DNA from: a virus
Taxonomy: Duplodnaviria > Caudoviricetes
DNA length: 58,765 nucleotides
IMG/VR virus record: IMGVR_UViG_3300031754_000005
Span: 1 to 58,765 of that record
Direction: 5' to 3' (one strand)
The translations under genes were made by a program, and so were the position numbers. The notes beneath the pieces were generated by a model, which was given only the letters and a program-made list of their open reading frames with translations, searched no databases and was not told where the DNA came from. This document shows, piece by piece, positions 8,701 through 18,574 of the stretch (within the stretch, counting starts at the first letter, position 1; each line of letters starts with the position of its first letter).

Positions 8701-11124
8701 GAGCGCTTCGCGGTAGGCCGCGACCGCGCCGTCGTCGTGCGCCGAATAGCGCTTATTGCCCTGCGCCTCGTCCTGGATCAATTGCACCAGGTCGCTCACC
8801 GTCGGGCGCTCGGTATGTTCGGGGAAATAGCCTTCTTCCCAGGCGCGCAACGCCGCATCGTCGAGCGACAACCCCTTGCCGTTGATGAGCCCAGGCCGGA
8901 ACCGCGTCCCGCCGATGACGTGGCTGACCTCGCCGCCCTGGTCCTGAACGCCGCCGAGACGGCGCAGGAATTCGGTCAGCGGCAAGGGCTCGCGCGGAAT
9001 TTTCTCAAAAGCCCCACCACGGCCGGCGTTGCGCGGCGCCTCGGTGACAAATTCGCGCGCCGGCGCCGCTTCGGGCGCGATGACGGCCGCCTCTTCGGGC
9101 GCCGCCAGCATGCGGTCGAAAACGCCGCGGATGTCGTCGGTGATCGGCGCCCGCAACCGGGCGACCGTCTGATAGATCGTCGTCAGCCACGCCTTGAACT
9201 TGGCAAAGACCCCGGCCAGCGCCGGCGAGGGTGCGTGGCCCTCCATCATGTAGCGCTCAAACCCGCGGGCGAATTTCTCGTGCGCCTTGCGCGGGATATC
9301 CGCTCCTTCCGCGACGTCGAGCCAGGCGCGCACCGTCGCGGCGTCGCCGGTCAGGTCAGGCGGCGCGCGCTCGTCCTTGGCATCGCGCATCAACTCTTCG
9401 AGCCACTGATGTCCGGTCTCGTGGATAAAGGTCGAGGCGTCTGCGTGGGCAAAGAGCCGGATCGTCGCCTGGCCGTCCCTGAGCGTGATCGCGCCGCGCC
9501 GCGCCTGCGCCAGTTCGAGTTCGCCGGCGCGGGCCGGTGCGCCGCGACCGGGCAGGATCGTCGCACCCTCGCGGCTGTAGAGTTCGGCGCCGGTGCCGAG
9601 CATCCCGCGGAACCGGGCGGCCCGCGCTTCGTAGTGCGCCTGGATCAGCGCTGCCGCGGCCTCGCTCTCCTCGGCCGGGCGTCCGGCGGCAACGAGTTGC
9701 CGGTCGACATCGGCGGCGATATCGGCGACGACGGGACGCGCCGGCGCCGGTTCGGGTGCGGATGGCGCCGCGACGGGCTGCGGAGCTGCAGGAGGCGCCG
9801 TCTCGGCTGCCGGTGCGACGATAGGGGCGGCCGGCGCTTCGGCCGCTGGCGCGGCTTCCGGCGGGATCGGGCGGGCGATTTCCGGCGTCGACGCGGGTGC
9901 GGCCGGCTCGCCGGCGGCCTCTAGCGGCGTCGGCGCCAAGGTCTGCGGCGGGGGCGCTGTCTGAGCCGGGGCGGTGGGGACGACAGTCGGGGCGCCCTCC
10001 GGCATGCCTTCCGACCCCACGCCCTGCGCCGCCTGCCGGTAGGCGGCCGACACCTCGGGCGCGAGATCGCGCATCTGGTAGTCGGTTTCCTGGACGCGCT
10101 GCTGCAACGCCTGCATTTCCGGCGTCGGCTCGGTGCCCTCCGGGATCGCCTTCGCGGCCCGGGCGCGCTCGCTCTTCAGCCGGTCGGTCGTGAGGCCGGC
10201 GCGTTCGGCCGCGGCGATCTGCGCGTCGATCGCCGCGACCTCGGGCGAAGAACCGGCCTGGCGCAACGCGCGCCAGTCATTGAGACGGCCCGACAGCGCA
10301 TCGCGCTGTGCCGACAAAGCGTCGTATTCGGCAAAGGTCTCCGGCGCGAGTTGCCGCGCGATCGCGTGCAGGTCGGGCGCGGCTTCGGCGGGCGGTCCCG
10401 CCGGCTGGGCTTCGGCGGGCGGCCCGAACGGCTCGGCCGATATCGGCCGGGCGACGCTCTCGCCGCTCGGCTCCAACGCGCGGATAACGGCGGCGGTGAC
10501 TTCGGGTGACACCGGTTCGACGGTGCCTTTCCAGCCGCCTTCACCCTCGCCGATCACGCTGAAGGCGCGCGCCTTGGCAAGCGAGGTCGGGATCGCGGCC
10601 CGGATCGCGCCGGGCGCGCCCATGCCGTGAAGGCCAAAGGGGAAGGCGCCGGCGACTTCCATCGCCGGCTCGACGCCGGGGATTTCCATCAACAATCGCA
10701 GCGGCCGGCGCAGTGCCAGATCGAGCGCCAGGGCGGCCGGCCGCATCGCCACTTCGTTGAGGGTCTTCCAGAAGCTGCGGTGCGCGTCCTGGTAGTCGTT
10801 CCAGAGCCCCGCTTGGCGCAACCCGGCCTCGGTCTCCGGCCCGATTCCGAGCGGGTCGGCGCCCCAACTGTTTTTGATCCCTTGCCCAAAGGCATTGAGC
10901 ACCTGCGCCGCCGGTGCCTCGCTGGCGTATTTGTCCCAGATGGGGCCGGTCATCGTGCCGCCCTCGGAAAGGGCGTACATCTGCGCCGCGTTCGGCTCAT
11001 AGGCGGCATCGAGGATTTCGCCTGCCGTTCGCTTGGCCGGCGCGGGTCCGAGAAGATCGCCGACTGTCGGCTTTGCTTGCCCCGCCCCGTTATCGACCGG
11101 GACGCCGAGCGGAATATCGGACAT
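5794..11124 (-). CDS. Large internal virion (ejection) protein, 1776 aa, with HExxH motif
   Basis: Size and position of podovirus gp16-like genes; ADASTFIHETGH and HEKFARGFE-Y motifs; Pro/Ala linkers. Confidence 0.85.
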   Translation of the reverse strand: MSDIPLGVPVDNGAGQAKPTVGDLLGPAPAKRTAGEILDAAYEPNAAQMYALSEGGTMTGPIWDKYASEAPAAQVLNAFGQGIKNSWGADPLGIGPETEAGLRQAGLWNDYQDAHRSFWKTLNEVAMRPAALALDLALRRPLRLLMEIPGVEPAMEVAGAFPFGLHGMGAPGAIRAAIPTSLAKARAFSVIGEGEGGWKGTVEPVSPEVTAAVIRALEPSGESVARPISAEPFGPPAEAQPAGPPAEAAPDLHAIARQLAPETFAEYDALSAQRDALSGRLNDWRALRQAGSSPEVAAIDAQIAAAERAGLTTDRLKSERARAAKAIPEGTEPTPEMQALQQRVQETDYQMRDLAPEVSAAYRQAAQGVGSEGMPEGAPTVVPTAPAQTAPPPQTLAPTPLEAAGEPAAPASTPEIARPIPPEAAPAAEAPAAPIVAPAAETAPPAAPQPVAAPSAPEPAPARPVVADIAADVDRQLVAAGRPAEESEAAAALIQAHYEARAARFRGMLGTGAELYSREGATILPGRGAPARAGELELAQARRGAITLRDGQATIRLFAHADASTFIHETGHQWLEELMRDAKDERAPPDLTGDAATVRAWLDVAEGADIPRKAHEKFARGFERYMMEGHAPSPALAGVFAKFKAWLTTIYQTVARLRAPITDDIRGVFDRMLAAPEEAAVIAPEAAPAREFVTEAPRNAGRGGAFEKIPREPLPLTEFLRRLGGVQDQGGEVSHVIGGTRFRPGLINGKGLSLDDAALRAWEEGYFPEHTERPTVSDLVQLIQDEAQGNKRYSAHDDGAVAAYREALQRNAEIDRLGQTLGIDPRQYSRDDFFRLASEHLSLEEQARQIGSQDAAHEFALDELERRGKEWLETRGEAWEPDEVYASVPRSEEDLERGYHEEASASAGAGEGQGMAGNPRPAAADPGSGETGLRPRGPGAGAPGRTGARAGAAPEGGAALLSPADERLVDKAGNIRLDNIDTPDDFKDAIRAAAERQGGFIERRRGVVSDAQREALATVLGTTPDKVLGREIGEAFSDSEIKLLEKTLAQSASHVHELATKAAASGADADIVAMTEAFLRHDMIQGLYSQATAEAGRALRAFRRSQEYWSREAAATADILKQAVTDSTGRTLNQMQSLARKIAQFDQPGQIGKFIRDAQRPGLFDWVQSLFLNALLSGPFTHLGYTAAGEMFGLFRGVGETSAAAMVGAIRRVAGLGEAEGARIGEVPAQLYGQYRGARSGIKAAWQALKENRTVLPAEVERSPNLPGLAGQAVGQGGIIPNPQIGPVTLPVGSVIEAPSRVVAALHSFNWTTFYSQSISGQAFRVAVSKQLEGSAFSARVAELTLNPTEEMIKEASTDAGMGALMVRPGYESFMGRLSRLTNWGVKVPDVPLPGGISFPMGTLRPVKFIDPFVQIQANVMKAAFGRNTPFALFSQSIRDDLSMKNGGVAFDRTAGKLIAGTLFMAAAGGLAIEGIMNHSGPSDPREAMAWRRRNGMPHGLRVGELSFDVLRLGNMGLQMSVAADLAYAAEHIGSDDATKIASELAHAFAQNIIDESFARGPAEMMQAIEDPDRYGARWVRGFLSSAVPFSVGLGQIARQVDPYSRQARTTMDAILAKLPVISEELQPRFDVWGQPVMNRGWAGTYYEHARDDPVEQRLDALGIYPSLPERRIRGVELTDQQYADYSRVAGRTAKMQLDQIIGKPGFAQMPEAAQREIIGKVITTAREYGRTLIMMHNHGIIDSAVAAKKAQAEGASPQKVREMLKEQPAAGSTVH

Positions 11125-14078
11125 CAGCGCAACGGGATTGGCGGGTGCAGCGCCGGGGCCGGCGGCGGCACGGGTGGCGCATCGGCCGCGGCAAACCCGC
11201 CGCGGATCAATGCTTCTTCCGCCTGCTGGCGGCTGAGCTTATTCGCCCGGTACGCCGCGACGATGCCGGCCTGCGTCGTCAAATCGGGCGCGGCGGCGCC
11301 GGCCGGCGATCCTGCGCCAGCTTCGACGCCGGCGGTCAATTGGTCGCGCGCGAGTTCGGCATCCGAGCGGCGGAACGGCTTGACGAGCGTCTCGAGCTTG
11401 TCCTGCGCGACGAGTTCGCCCGGCGATTTGCCGGCGGCGATCCCGGCTTCGTAATAGCGGTAAAACGCCGGCAGAAACCCGATGTTGAAGCGGTCCTCGC
11501 CTTTTGGATCGCGCAATTTGAAACTGCCGTAATCCATCTCGAACGACAATTGGTGCTTGGCGTAGGCCATCGCGCCCTTGCGGATTTCCGCATCGCCCAC
11601 GCCCTCCGGGGTGCGCCGCTGCGCCATCTCCTGGCGCAATTTTTCATAGCCCGCGGTCGTCAGATCCTGCGATCCGTCATCCTTGGGCAGGGTCAGCTGC
11701 AACAGTTGCGAGGGGTCGCGGATGCGGTCCGGGTCGGCGTCGGCCGCGGCGACGCGCCTCAGCACATCGAAATAGCGCGGCCCGTAGGTCGCGACATCAT
11801 GCTCGGCGGTCGACCGGGTGCGCGTCTCGATCAGCCGGTATAAATTTTCCCGGCTGGCGGCATCGAGTTTCGGATCGTTGGCGATTCGTTCAGGAAGCGC
11901 GGCATCAAGCGGAACACCCGGCCGCAACACCTTGACGTAATCGTCGAGCGCGGCGTTGCGCGCTTCCGTGATTGCCTGCTTTTGCGCGCTCAATGCCATC
12001 TGCCGCGAGCGGAAATCGATATCGGCCTTCTGCATCGCGTGCGCCGCCGCGGTCGGGTTTGCTTGACCGCGCGGATCGGCGCCGATCGCGGCAATCGTGG
12101 CGGCGTGGCGCTGCGCCAGCTCGGCTTCGGCATTCGCCAGATCCTGCATCCCGGGCGGCGGCAAGGCGGGCGGTGTCGAGAGGCTGCCGGGCGGCGCCGG
12201 GATCGGGATGGCGCTTGCGGCGGCCCGCAATCCAGCAGGCGACGTGGGCTGTCCCTCGATCTGATCTTGCGGCGCGGCAAGCGATGCTGCCGGCAGCAGC
12301 TTTGCAGCGCTCGCCGCGTAATCCTTGTAGCCCTGCGGCCCGGGGTGGACATCCTTCGTCGGCAGCGGCCCGGCGAACGGCACCTGATGCTGATCGGCGA
12401 TGCGCTTCAGATCGTCGTTGTAGACAGAGAATGTGCCCTGGTCGACGCCAGCCAGCACCGGCATCGCGCCGGCTTTTTTTAGCGCATCGAGCTGATCGCC
12501 GACCGTCGCAAATACCGCGGCCGGGTTCGCCGCAAGCGCGGCGCGCGCGTTCATCAGCCCCGATGACCAGAGGACGGATTTGCCCTGGAACCGCTCGGGA
12601 TGCGCGTTGATGAAATCGAGGCCCTGCTGCGGGTTGCGGCTGCCAGCCGCGTCGGCCAGCGCTGCCTCGGGCATCTTGACATCGTTGACCGCGACGCCGC
12701 CGAGCCCGGCAGCGCGGATATGCCCGACTCCGATGCTGTCGCCGGCCGCCATGTCGAATTTGCCGGGCGTCCCCGCGGCGGCTAATGTTTGCGCGCCGCC
12801 GCCAACACCTTCGCGCGGTGTGCCGGCGATGATCTTCTGGACGTAGCCGCGAGTTTCCGCGATCGGGATCTTGCCGGCGAAATCGGCGTCGGTGATGCCG
12901 CCCGTGCGCGGGTCGCCGATCGTGCCAAGCCAGCCGTCGACGCGATCCGGCCCGGCATTGTAGGCCGCCGCCGCCAGCGCCTCGTTGCCGTCGTACCGCG
13001 CCAGCATCTTGTCGAGATAGCCGCGGCCCAGCTGCTCGTTATAGGCCTGGTCGGTATGGAGGCGCCGTTCGTCGTAGGGCAGCCCGAGATCGCCGGCCAT
13101 TTCCTTTGCCGTCGACGGGATGATCTGCGAGACGCCGATGGCGCCCTTGGGGCTGACCAGCGCTTCGCCATTCGGGCCGATGCCGCCTTCGGCGCCCTTG
13201 ATCCGCGACCACAGATCGCCGGAAAGCGATGCCGGATTGCCGGCGGCTCTGCGCGCTGTCGCCAGAATATCGTCGCCGACCGCCCCGTCGCGGCCGCCGC
13301 GGATATGCGTCTCGTAAGCCGGCCGTACCTTGTCGTCGAGTAAGCCGCCATACTGTTTGAATATCTGGTCGGCCGCCGCAAGATCGTGTTGTGCCAGGGC
13401 GCCGTTGAGCCGCGCCGCGACCGAGCGGCTGTCAGCCTCGGCGATGGCGCCCGCCTTGTCGGCGCCCTGCAATTCGGCCTTCTTGCCGGCCGCGAGCCGC
13501 TGGTCCTCCATCGAGTGCTTGAAATGTTCATCGTCGTTGTAGTTGTTGGCGATCGTGCGGTCACCGTTCGCCAGCGCGCCGTCATTGACCGAGATGCCAT
13601 AGATTTTGGCCTGCTGCTCGGTGTGGGCGCCGACCTTGCTCATCAAGAGCGATTGATAGCGCCGCGTAAAATTCTCGAATTGAAGCTGCGATTGGCCGGT
13701 TAGGAGGCCGCCTGCGTATTTCTCTCGCAGCGCACCGATCTGTTGTTCAAATTGCGGGCGCGCGCGCAACGCATCTTCGCCCGTGAGGCCGATAAATCCA
13801 AGATCCGGCTTGCCGTCCGCGCCGATCTGGCCGGTGCCGTACAATAAATCGTCGGCTTCCTTCTGCCATTTGTTGCTTTGCTCGTCGGCCGCGATCTGGC
13901 CGAAGAATTGTCCGGTCTTCTCCAGCCCCTGCCCGACCGCTTCTTCCGCCTGGCCGACCTGCGCGCCAAACTGCCGCGGGCTGGTCTGGATGTTCTGCCG
14001 GTCCTCGGGCGGCGTTGGGCGCGGCTCGACCGATGGCACAACGCCGGTCGAGGGGGGAAAGCTGATTATGTGGGCCAT
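11124..14078 (-). CDS. Internal virion protein with lytic transglycosylase and SGNH-hydrolase domains
   Basis: SPKGAIGVSQ, AAYNAG, ETRGYV (SLT); AGDSIG, GLMN, DVHP (SGNH). Confidence 0.88.
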   Translation of the reverse strand: MAHIISFPPSTGVVPSVEPRPTPPEDRQNIQTSPRQFGAQVGQAEEAVGQGLEKTGQFFGQIAADEQSNKWQKEADDLLYGTGQIGADGKPDLGFIGLTGEDALRARPQFEQQIGALREKYAGGLLTGQSQLQFENFTRRYQSLLMSKVGAHTEQQAKIYGISVNDGALANGDRTIANNYNDDEHFKHSMEDQRLAAGKKAELQGADKAGAIAEADSRSVAARLNGALAQHDLAAADQIFKQYGGLLDDKVRPAYETHIRGGRDGAVGDDILATARRAAGNPASLSGDLWSRIKGAEGGIGPNGEALVSPKGAIGVSQIIPSTAKEMAGDLGLPYDERRLHTDQAYNEQLGRGYLDKMLARYDGNEALAAAAYNAGPDRVDGWLGTIGDPRTGGITDADFAGKIPIAETRGYVQKIIAGTPREGVGGGAQTLAAAGTPGKFDMAAGDSIGVGHIRAAGLGGVAVNDVKMPEAALADAAGSRNPQQGLDFINAHPERFQGKSVLWSSGLMNARAALAANPAAVFATVGDQLDALKKAGAMPVLAGVDQGTFSVYNDDLKRIADQHQVPFAGPLPTKDVHPGPQGYKDYAASAAKLLPAASLAAPQDQIEGQPTSPAGLRAAASAIPIPAPPGSLSTPPALPPPGMQDLANAEAELAQRHAATIAAIGADPRGQANPTAAAHAMQKADIDFRSRQMALSAQKQAITEARNAALDDYVKVLRPGVPLDAALPERIANDPKLDAASRENLYRLIETRTRSTAEHDVATYGPRYFDVLRRVAAADADPDRIRDPSQLLQLTLPKDDGSQDLTTAGYEKLRQEMAQRRTPEGVGDAEIRKGAMAYAKHQLSFEMDYGSFKLRDPKGEDRFNIGFLPAFYRYYEAGIAAGKSPGELVAQDKLETLVKPFRRSDAELARDQLTAGVEAGAGSPAGAAAPDLTTQAGIVAAYRANKLSRQQAEEALIRGGFAAADAPPVPPPAPALHPPIPLR

Positions 14079-14079
14079 T

Positions 14080-14646
14080 TTACAGGCCGCCCAGCGCGGT
14101 TCTGGTTCCTGCGCTGCCGGACGCGCTATCCCTTAAGCCAGCGAATTTCAGCCCGATGCTGCTGGCGCCGGATAGCAGATCGCCGCCGCCCTTCAAGTAT
14201 CCGGCCGTCGTGTCGTAGCCGGCCTCGGCGGTTTTTAGCTGCGCCTCTGCTGTCGCGTTCGAGGCCTGCGTGCGGTAGCCGTAGGCGGCAAGCTGCGTGT
14301 CGGCCAGGACGCGCTCGGTGTCGAGTTCGCCGACCGCGCGTTTGGATGCGCGCAGATCCACCGCGCTGCCGCTGTTGATGTCCGTCCCGCCCGCCGCCAG
14401 CGCTGTTGTCAGCGCCGCGAGCCCGGCGCGGTTCTTCATGCCCTGGTCGCCCGCTTTGGCTTCGCCGGCGGCAATCGCGTAATTCGCGTTCTGATTATTA
14501 ATAATCGCATTGTTCTTGGCGACCTGGGAGCTATACCGCGCCTCCGCGGCTTGCGCGTTGCCCTGGCCGATCGCGCCGATCGCCGAGATCCCGGTGCCGG
14601 CAACAGCGGCACCCGCGCCGATCGCGGCCAGAGTGATGACGCACAT
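14080..14646 (-). CDS. Small internal virion protein (T7 gp14-like)
   Basis: MC start, Gly/Ala-rich hydrophobic N-terminus, AAGG-DINSGS motif, synteny. Confidence 0.8.
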   Translation of the reverse strand: MCVITLAAIGAGAAVAGTGISAIGAIGQGNAQAAEARYSSQVAKNNAIINNQNANYAIAAGEAKAGDQGMKNRAGLAALTTALAAGGTDINSGSAVDLRASKRAVGELDTERVLADTQLAAYGYRTQASNATAEAQLKTAEAGYDTTAGYLKGGGDLLSGASSIGLKFAGLRDSASGSAGTRTALGGL

Positions 14647-15182
14647 CAGCCCGGGTCCTCATGGAAGCCCATCACGACGCCATAACTGTTGCCGATTGGC
14701 ACACGCAGGCTCGGCTCATCGCGAATAAAATCGGCAAGACCCACCCTCTCCCGCCTGCTGCCGGCGCGCCCGCCAGGACCGCCATGGCCGATATGGAAAC
14801 CGAGAAAGGCCGCCAGGCGCCGAGCGGGTGGATCGTCGCCAACCAGCACCGTCGCCAGCTCCCGATAGGTCGTCATGACTTCGGCAAGCTGCCGGCGCGC
14901 TTGCCTGGCGACGGCCACCGGATGCGCGGTGATATCCTCCGACAAGACCAGCCAGACCGCGCCATAGGGCGACAGCAGCGACCCGCAGATGCCGCCGAGC
15001 GCGGCAACCCTTCCGTCGATCAACCAAACTCGGCAGATCGCGGACTCCAGGTAGCGATCACGCAGAGTGCGGTGCGGATCAAACCCGGCCTCGATGATGA
15101 TCCGGCGCTGCTCTCGGCGCATGCGCCGCGCCATCTGTCCGCAATGCCATAGTCGCGCCGGGCGAATTTCGTACCCGCTCAC
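14646..15182 (-). CDS. GNAT-like virion assembly protein (T7 gp13-like)
   Basis: GTG start overlapping upstream TGA; WLV ... RRLAAFLGF motif; synteny. Confidence 0.72.
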   Translation of the reverse strand: MSGYEIRPARLWHCGQMARRMRREQRRIIIEAGFDPHRTLRDRYLESAICRVWLIDGRVAALGGICGSLLSPYGAVWLVLSEDITAHPVAVARQARRQLAEVMTTYRELATVLVGDDPPARRLAAFLGFHIGHGGPGGRAGSRRERVGLADFIRDEPSLRVPIGNSYGVVMGFHEDPG

Positions 15183-18100
15183 CGCCGGAAGCCGGCCTGC
15201 TGGGCCATCTCGGCCATCTCGAGGTCGTCCGGGCCGGCCCTTGCCGCCGGGCGCGCCGCGGGCTGTCCGCGGCCCCCGGCCGGCTGGCCCTGCGGCCGCT
15301 GGCCGTAGCCGACTTCCGGCACATCTCCGGGCAGGATCTGCGGGACAAACGCCAGGACATTGAGCGGCAGCGGCAATAGCTGCTGCACCGCGATCTGCCC
15401 CGGCTTCTGCCACGATGCCGGCACCCGGGCGATAACATCGCCGGTGAAGAGCGGAAAGACCGTGCCGCCCGAGGCGGTCGTGTAGCTGGGCGGCGCTTCC
15501 GCGGCGCGCACTGCCGGCGGCAACGCCCAGTTGGAAAAGAGCGGCGAGGGCAGCAAGGTCGAGCTGTCGGCCTGGTTGGCGCCGCATTGCAACGAAGCCG
15601 AAGCCTCGACCCTGACCGTCGCCGCGCTGATCGCCTTGCGCTGGCCCTGGATCGTCGGCATTCCGGTGTCGAGATAGACCGATTGGAGTTGTGCGGCAAA
15701 GCCGAGCCCGAGCCGGACATTGCTCGCCGCGCGGTCGAGCACGACGCTGCCGTCCGCCGCGACGGTGCGCAATCCGACCGGGATCCCGTCGGCAAGCCCC
15801 ACCACCTGCCGCCCGGCCAGGTGCGAGAGCCCGTAGACGGTCGTGATCGGCGCGGCGAGGCTCCATGCCCCGGCCGCTTGCACGATCGGCGTCCCGCTGG
15901 GATCGTTCGGTAATATCTGCCGGCAGGGAGTGAGCCAGTTGCCGGTGACCTGGCTCGGGCCAGTGTAGCCGGTGACCAGCGCGATCCCGCCGCCCATGCG
16001 GATGATCTGGCCGACTGCGGCGCTGCTGAAAATCCCGGGCGAGCTGATGAAATTGACCCCGCTGCCTGAAGCGGCGCTGGCGGCGAGCATCGCGTTGGGC
16101 AGGGGCAATGCCGTCCCGATCGCGCAATCGACGCACCACGAATCCTCGAGCCCCCGCCAGATCCGGTTATCCATCCGTTCGACAAAGAACCGGGTAAAGC
16201 CCGCCGCGACCGGCCGCTCGACCACCAAGTAGAGTGCATCGACGGGCGGCTCGACGACGGCGCAAACCGAGCGCACCTGGCCTTGCGTGTCGTGCCGCGC
16301 CCAGCCGGCGACTTCCTGCTCCTTGAGCCAGGTGAGGCTCAACAGGATGCCGTCGTCGCGCACCATCCATTGGACGCGGTAGGGCTCCTCGCACCATGCC
16401 CATTCCTGGATCTGGTGGCCGATCAGCAGATGCGAAGAGGGCCAGGAAATATCGACGCCGGAATAGATGTTGAGATACACCTGGTAAGTCAGCGAGCGGA
16501 CGGTAAATCCCTTCGCCGATACATAGAGCAGATCCCAGTTGATCTTCTGCGGCGGCACGCTGGCGCTGGCGCCGCTCGAACCCTGCCGCACCGCGATCAG
16601 GTTTGACGGCGTGATCGGGGACGGGCTGGAAATAAAGTTCTGGCTGGCCGTCACCTGCCAGACCTCGTCGCCCGTAAAGGTGACGAGCCCCAAGGGCATC
16701 GACTGCATCCACTGCACCCCGTCGACGCGCTGCGACCACGGCGTCGCGGTGATCGCATCGGTATCGACGACCGGCACGGCAGTATCGAAATCGAGAAATG
16801 CGTCGGGCTGCGAAAACCAGATCGTATCGGGATTGTTGATCGTCTGGGCGTAGGCCCGGCGCTCCTGAAAATAGCTGACGACGCCGGGATAGGTGCCGCT
16901 CTGCGGCCCGATCGTCGGCGTCGCGGTGACGCTGGTGCCGTTGCCGCTAAAGACGAGCGTGTCGCCCGGCTGATATTTCTTGCCGCCATTCAGGATGATG
17001 ACCGCGACGATGAGCCCGCCGTTCGACGGGCTGAAAACGACCTGGCCCTGAAACCCGGAGCCGGTCGCGCTCGACATCGCGACCGTTGCTACGGTCCAGT
17101 CGCCCGAGGTCGCATTGATCGTGACTGCGGTCACCTGGCCCGGGGCAAACGGGTCTTTGTGCAAGGGCGGCGTCTGGGTGAAATCGGCCGTCACATCGTT
17201 GGCATCGACAAACTGGTTGCCAAAGCTCGACCCGACAAACCCGAAGATCGTCCCGGCCGGGATCGGCAACGAATTCGTGTTGCTGCCGCCCGTATTGTAG
17301 CCGGGCGGCGAGCGATAGATGCGGTATTGCCCGGCCGCCGGGACATTCGTCCATTGCACGACGTTGGAGCCGGCGGTCACCGCCATGTCGACGCCGTTGG
17401 TGACCTGCGCAATGCCGCTCGCGACCGATTCCTGCCCGGTCTTCGGGTCGATCGAGGTCACACAATAGGCGTAGGCGCAGGGCAGCGTCGGCGGGGTCGC
17501 GGTCGCGTTTGGCTGGACCGTCGCGATGACGGTGACCGATCCCGGCGGCGATACCCTGGCGCCCAGCAAGAGGGGTGCCATCGACCAATTTGTCGGGCCA
17601 AGGCGCGAGAGTTCCTGCGGCGGATAGTTCGGGTGGGTAAAGCTCATCACGTCGGCCGACTGCACCCATTTGAGGAGCGGCAGGTCGGCTGCGGCATAGG
17701 GCGTCGGCAGCGTATAGAGCCGGCTCGCGGTGCCGCCCGAGGTGTAGGCGAGATACAAGGTCGTATCGAGCGGGCCGCCGTCGAGATTTTCGAGCGTAAA
17801 GGCGTTGGTGGTGGCGCTGCCGACGATAGCGACCTGGCCGTTCAATTGCAGCATGCCGCCCAAGCCGGCAAACGCCACCCAGTCGCCGTTCGAGAAACCG
17901 TGCGCCGTCGAGTTGACGACTCCGGGATTGGCCTGGGTGACGCCGCTGACCGCTACCGGCGCCTCGACGACGTAGCCGCCCGCCGAGAGGAAACGGCAAT
18001 AATTGTCGCCGAATTCGAGCGCCAGGCCCTGGCTGATCGAAAACTGAAACGGCACAAGGCGCGGCTTCGCCTGCCCCAAATCGGGCCGCTGCTTCGAGCG

Positions 18101-18268
18101 CCCGCAATAGGCCGTGCCGGCGCGGCTATAGGCGCCGCCGCGGTAGCCGACGAACAGGTTCCGGCAGGTCCCGGCGGCCGAGCCCCACAGCGGAAGATCG
18201 ACGTGGCCAAACAGGCTCGGCGCGATCTCACCGTGCGCGAAGCTGGTTTTGATGAAGGGCGCAGCCAA
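15179..18268 (-). CDS. Tail tubular protein B / nozzle
   Basis: SF-x-GEIAP N-terminus, YP-x-VSYFQER, EQEVAGWARHDT; TTG start. Confidence 0.9.
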   Translation of the reverse strand: MAAPFIKTSFAHGEIAPSLFGHVDLPLWGSAAGTCRNLFVGYRGGAYSRAGTAYCGRSKQRPDLGQAKPRLVPFQFSISQGLALEFGDNYCRFLSAGGYVVEAPVAVSGVTQANPGVVNSTAHGFSNGDWVAFAGLGGMLQLNGQVAIVGSATTNAFTLENLDGGPLDTTLYLAYTSGGTASRLYTLPTPYAAADLPLLKWVQSADVMSFTHPNYPPQELSRLGPTNWSMAPLLLGARVSPPGSVTVIATVQPNATATPPTLPCAYAYCVTSIDPKTGQESVASGIAQVTNGVDMAVTAGSNVVQWTNVPAAGQYRIYRSPPGYNTGGSNTNSLPIPAGTIFGFVGSSFGNQFVDANDVTADFTQTPPLHKDPFAPGQVTAVTINATSGDWTVATVAMSSATGSGFQGQVVFSPSNGGLIVAVIILNGGKKYQPGDTLVFSGNGTSVTATPTIGPQSGTYPGVVSYFQERRAYAQTINNPDTIWFSQPDAFLDFDTAVPVVDTDAITATPWSQRVDGVQWMQSMPLGLVTFTGDEVWQVTASQNFISSPSPITPSNLIAVRQGSSGASASVPPQKINWDLLYVSAKGFTVRSLTYQVYLNIYSGVDISWPSSHLLIGHQIQEWAWCEEPYRVQWMVRDDGILLSLTWLKEQEVAGWARHDTQGQVRSVCAVVEPPVDALYLVVERPVAAGFTRFFVERMDNRIWRGLEDSWCVDCAIGTALPLPNAMLAASAASGSGVNFISSPGIFSSAAVGQIIRMGGGIALVTGYTGPSQVTGNWLTPCRQILPNDPSGTPIVQAAGAWSLAAPITTVYGLSHLAGRQVVGLADGIPVGLRTVAADGSVVLDRAASNVRLGLGFAAQLQSVYLDTGMPTIQGQRKAISAATVRVEASASLQCGANQADSSTLLPSPLFSNWALPPAVRAAEAPPSYTTASGGTVFPLFTGDVIARVPASWQKPGQIAVQQLLPLPLNVLAFVPQILPGDVPEVGYGQRPQGQPAGGRGQPAARPAARAGPDDLEMAEMAQQAGFRR

Positions 18269-18293
18269 GGCGGTGTGCTATCCTCGTAACGGG

Positions 18294-18315
18294 AAAGCCC
18301 CGCACGAGGCGGGGC
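18294..18315 (-). terminator. Hairpin with short T-run just upstream of the nozzle gene
   Basis: Minus strand GCCCCGC-CTCGT-GCGGGGC-TTTC. Confidence 0.45.
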
Positions 18316-18574
18316 GGAGGCGGCGGTTGAAACCTCGAAAGTACGGCCCGCGTGGCGTCGTTCTTGCCGTCATGCGATTGCCCGGGCCGACGCCCATGCT
18401 GCGAAGCGGGTCGGTTGCCGAAATCGCGCCGCTAAAGCGACGGGGCCGGGACTATGGTGACCCCCGGCCGCGCGAGCCGAGCGAGATCAGGGTCGAGCTT
18501 CGTGTGCTGAAGCGACTGGCAGGCCGGCGCCATCGAGCCAACAAGCGAGCCGCCCGGAATACGAAGGTGTTCGA

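Noticed and set aside
5629-9924. Long plus-strand ORFs (774 aa, 512 aa) and similar ones at 32798-34936 and 41518-43530
   Set aside because: Antisense shadows of real minus-strand genes; Arg-rich translations without motifs, expected at high GC
14646-16139. 497-aa ORF as listed in the track
   Set aside because: Only the last 178 codons (from GTG 15182) look coding; the rest overlaps the nozzle gene
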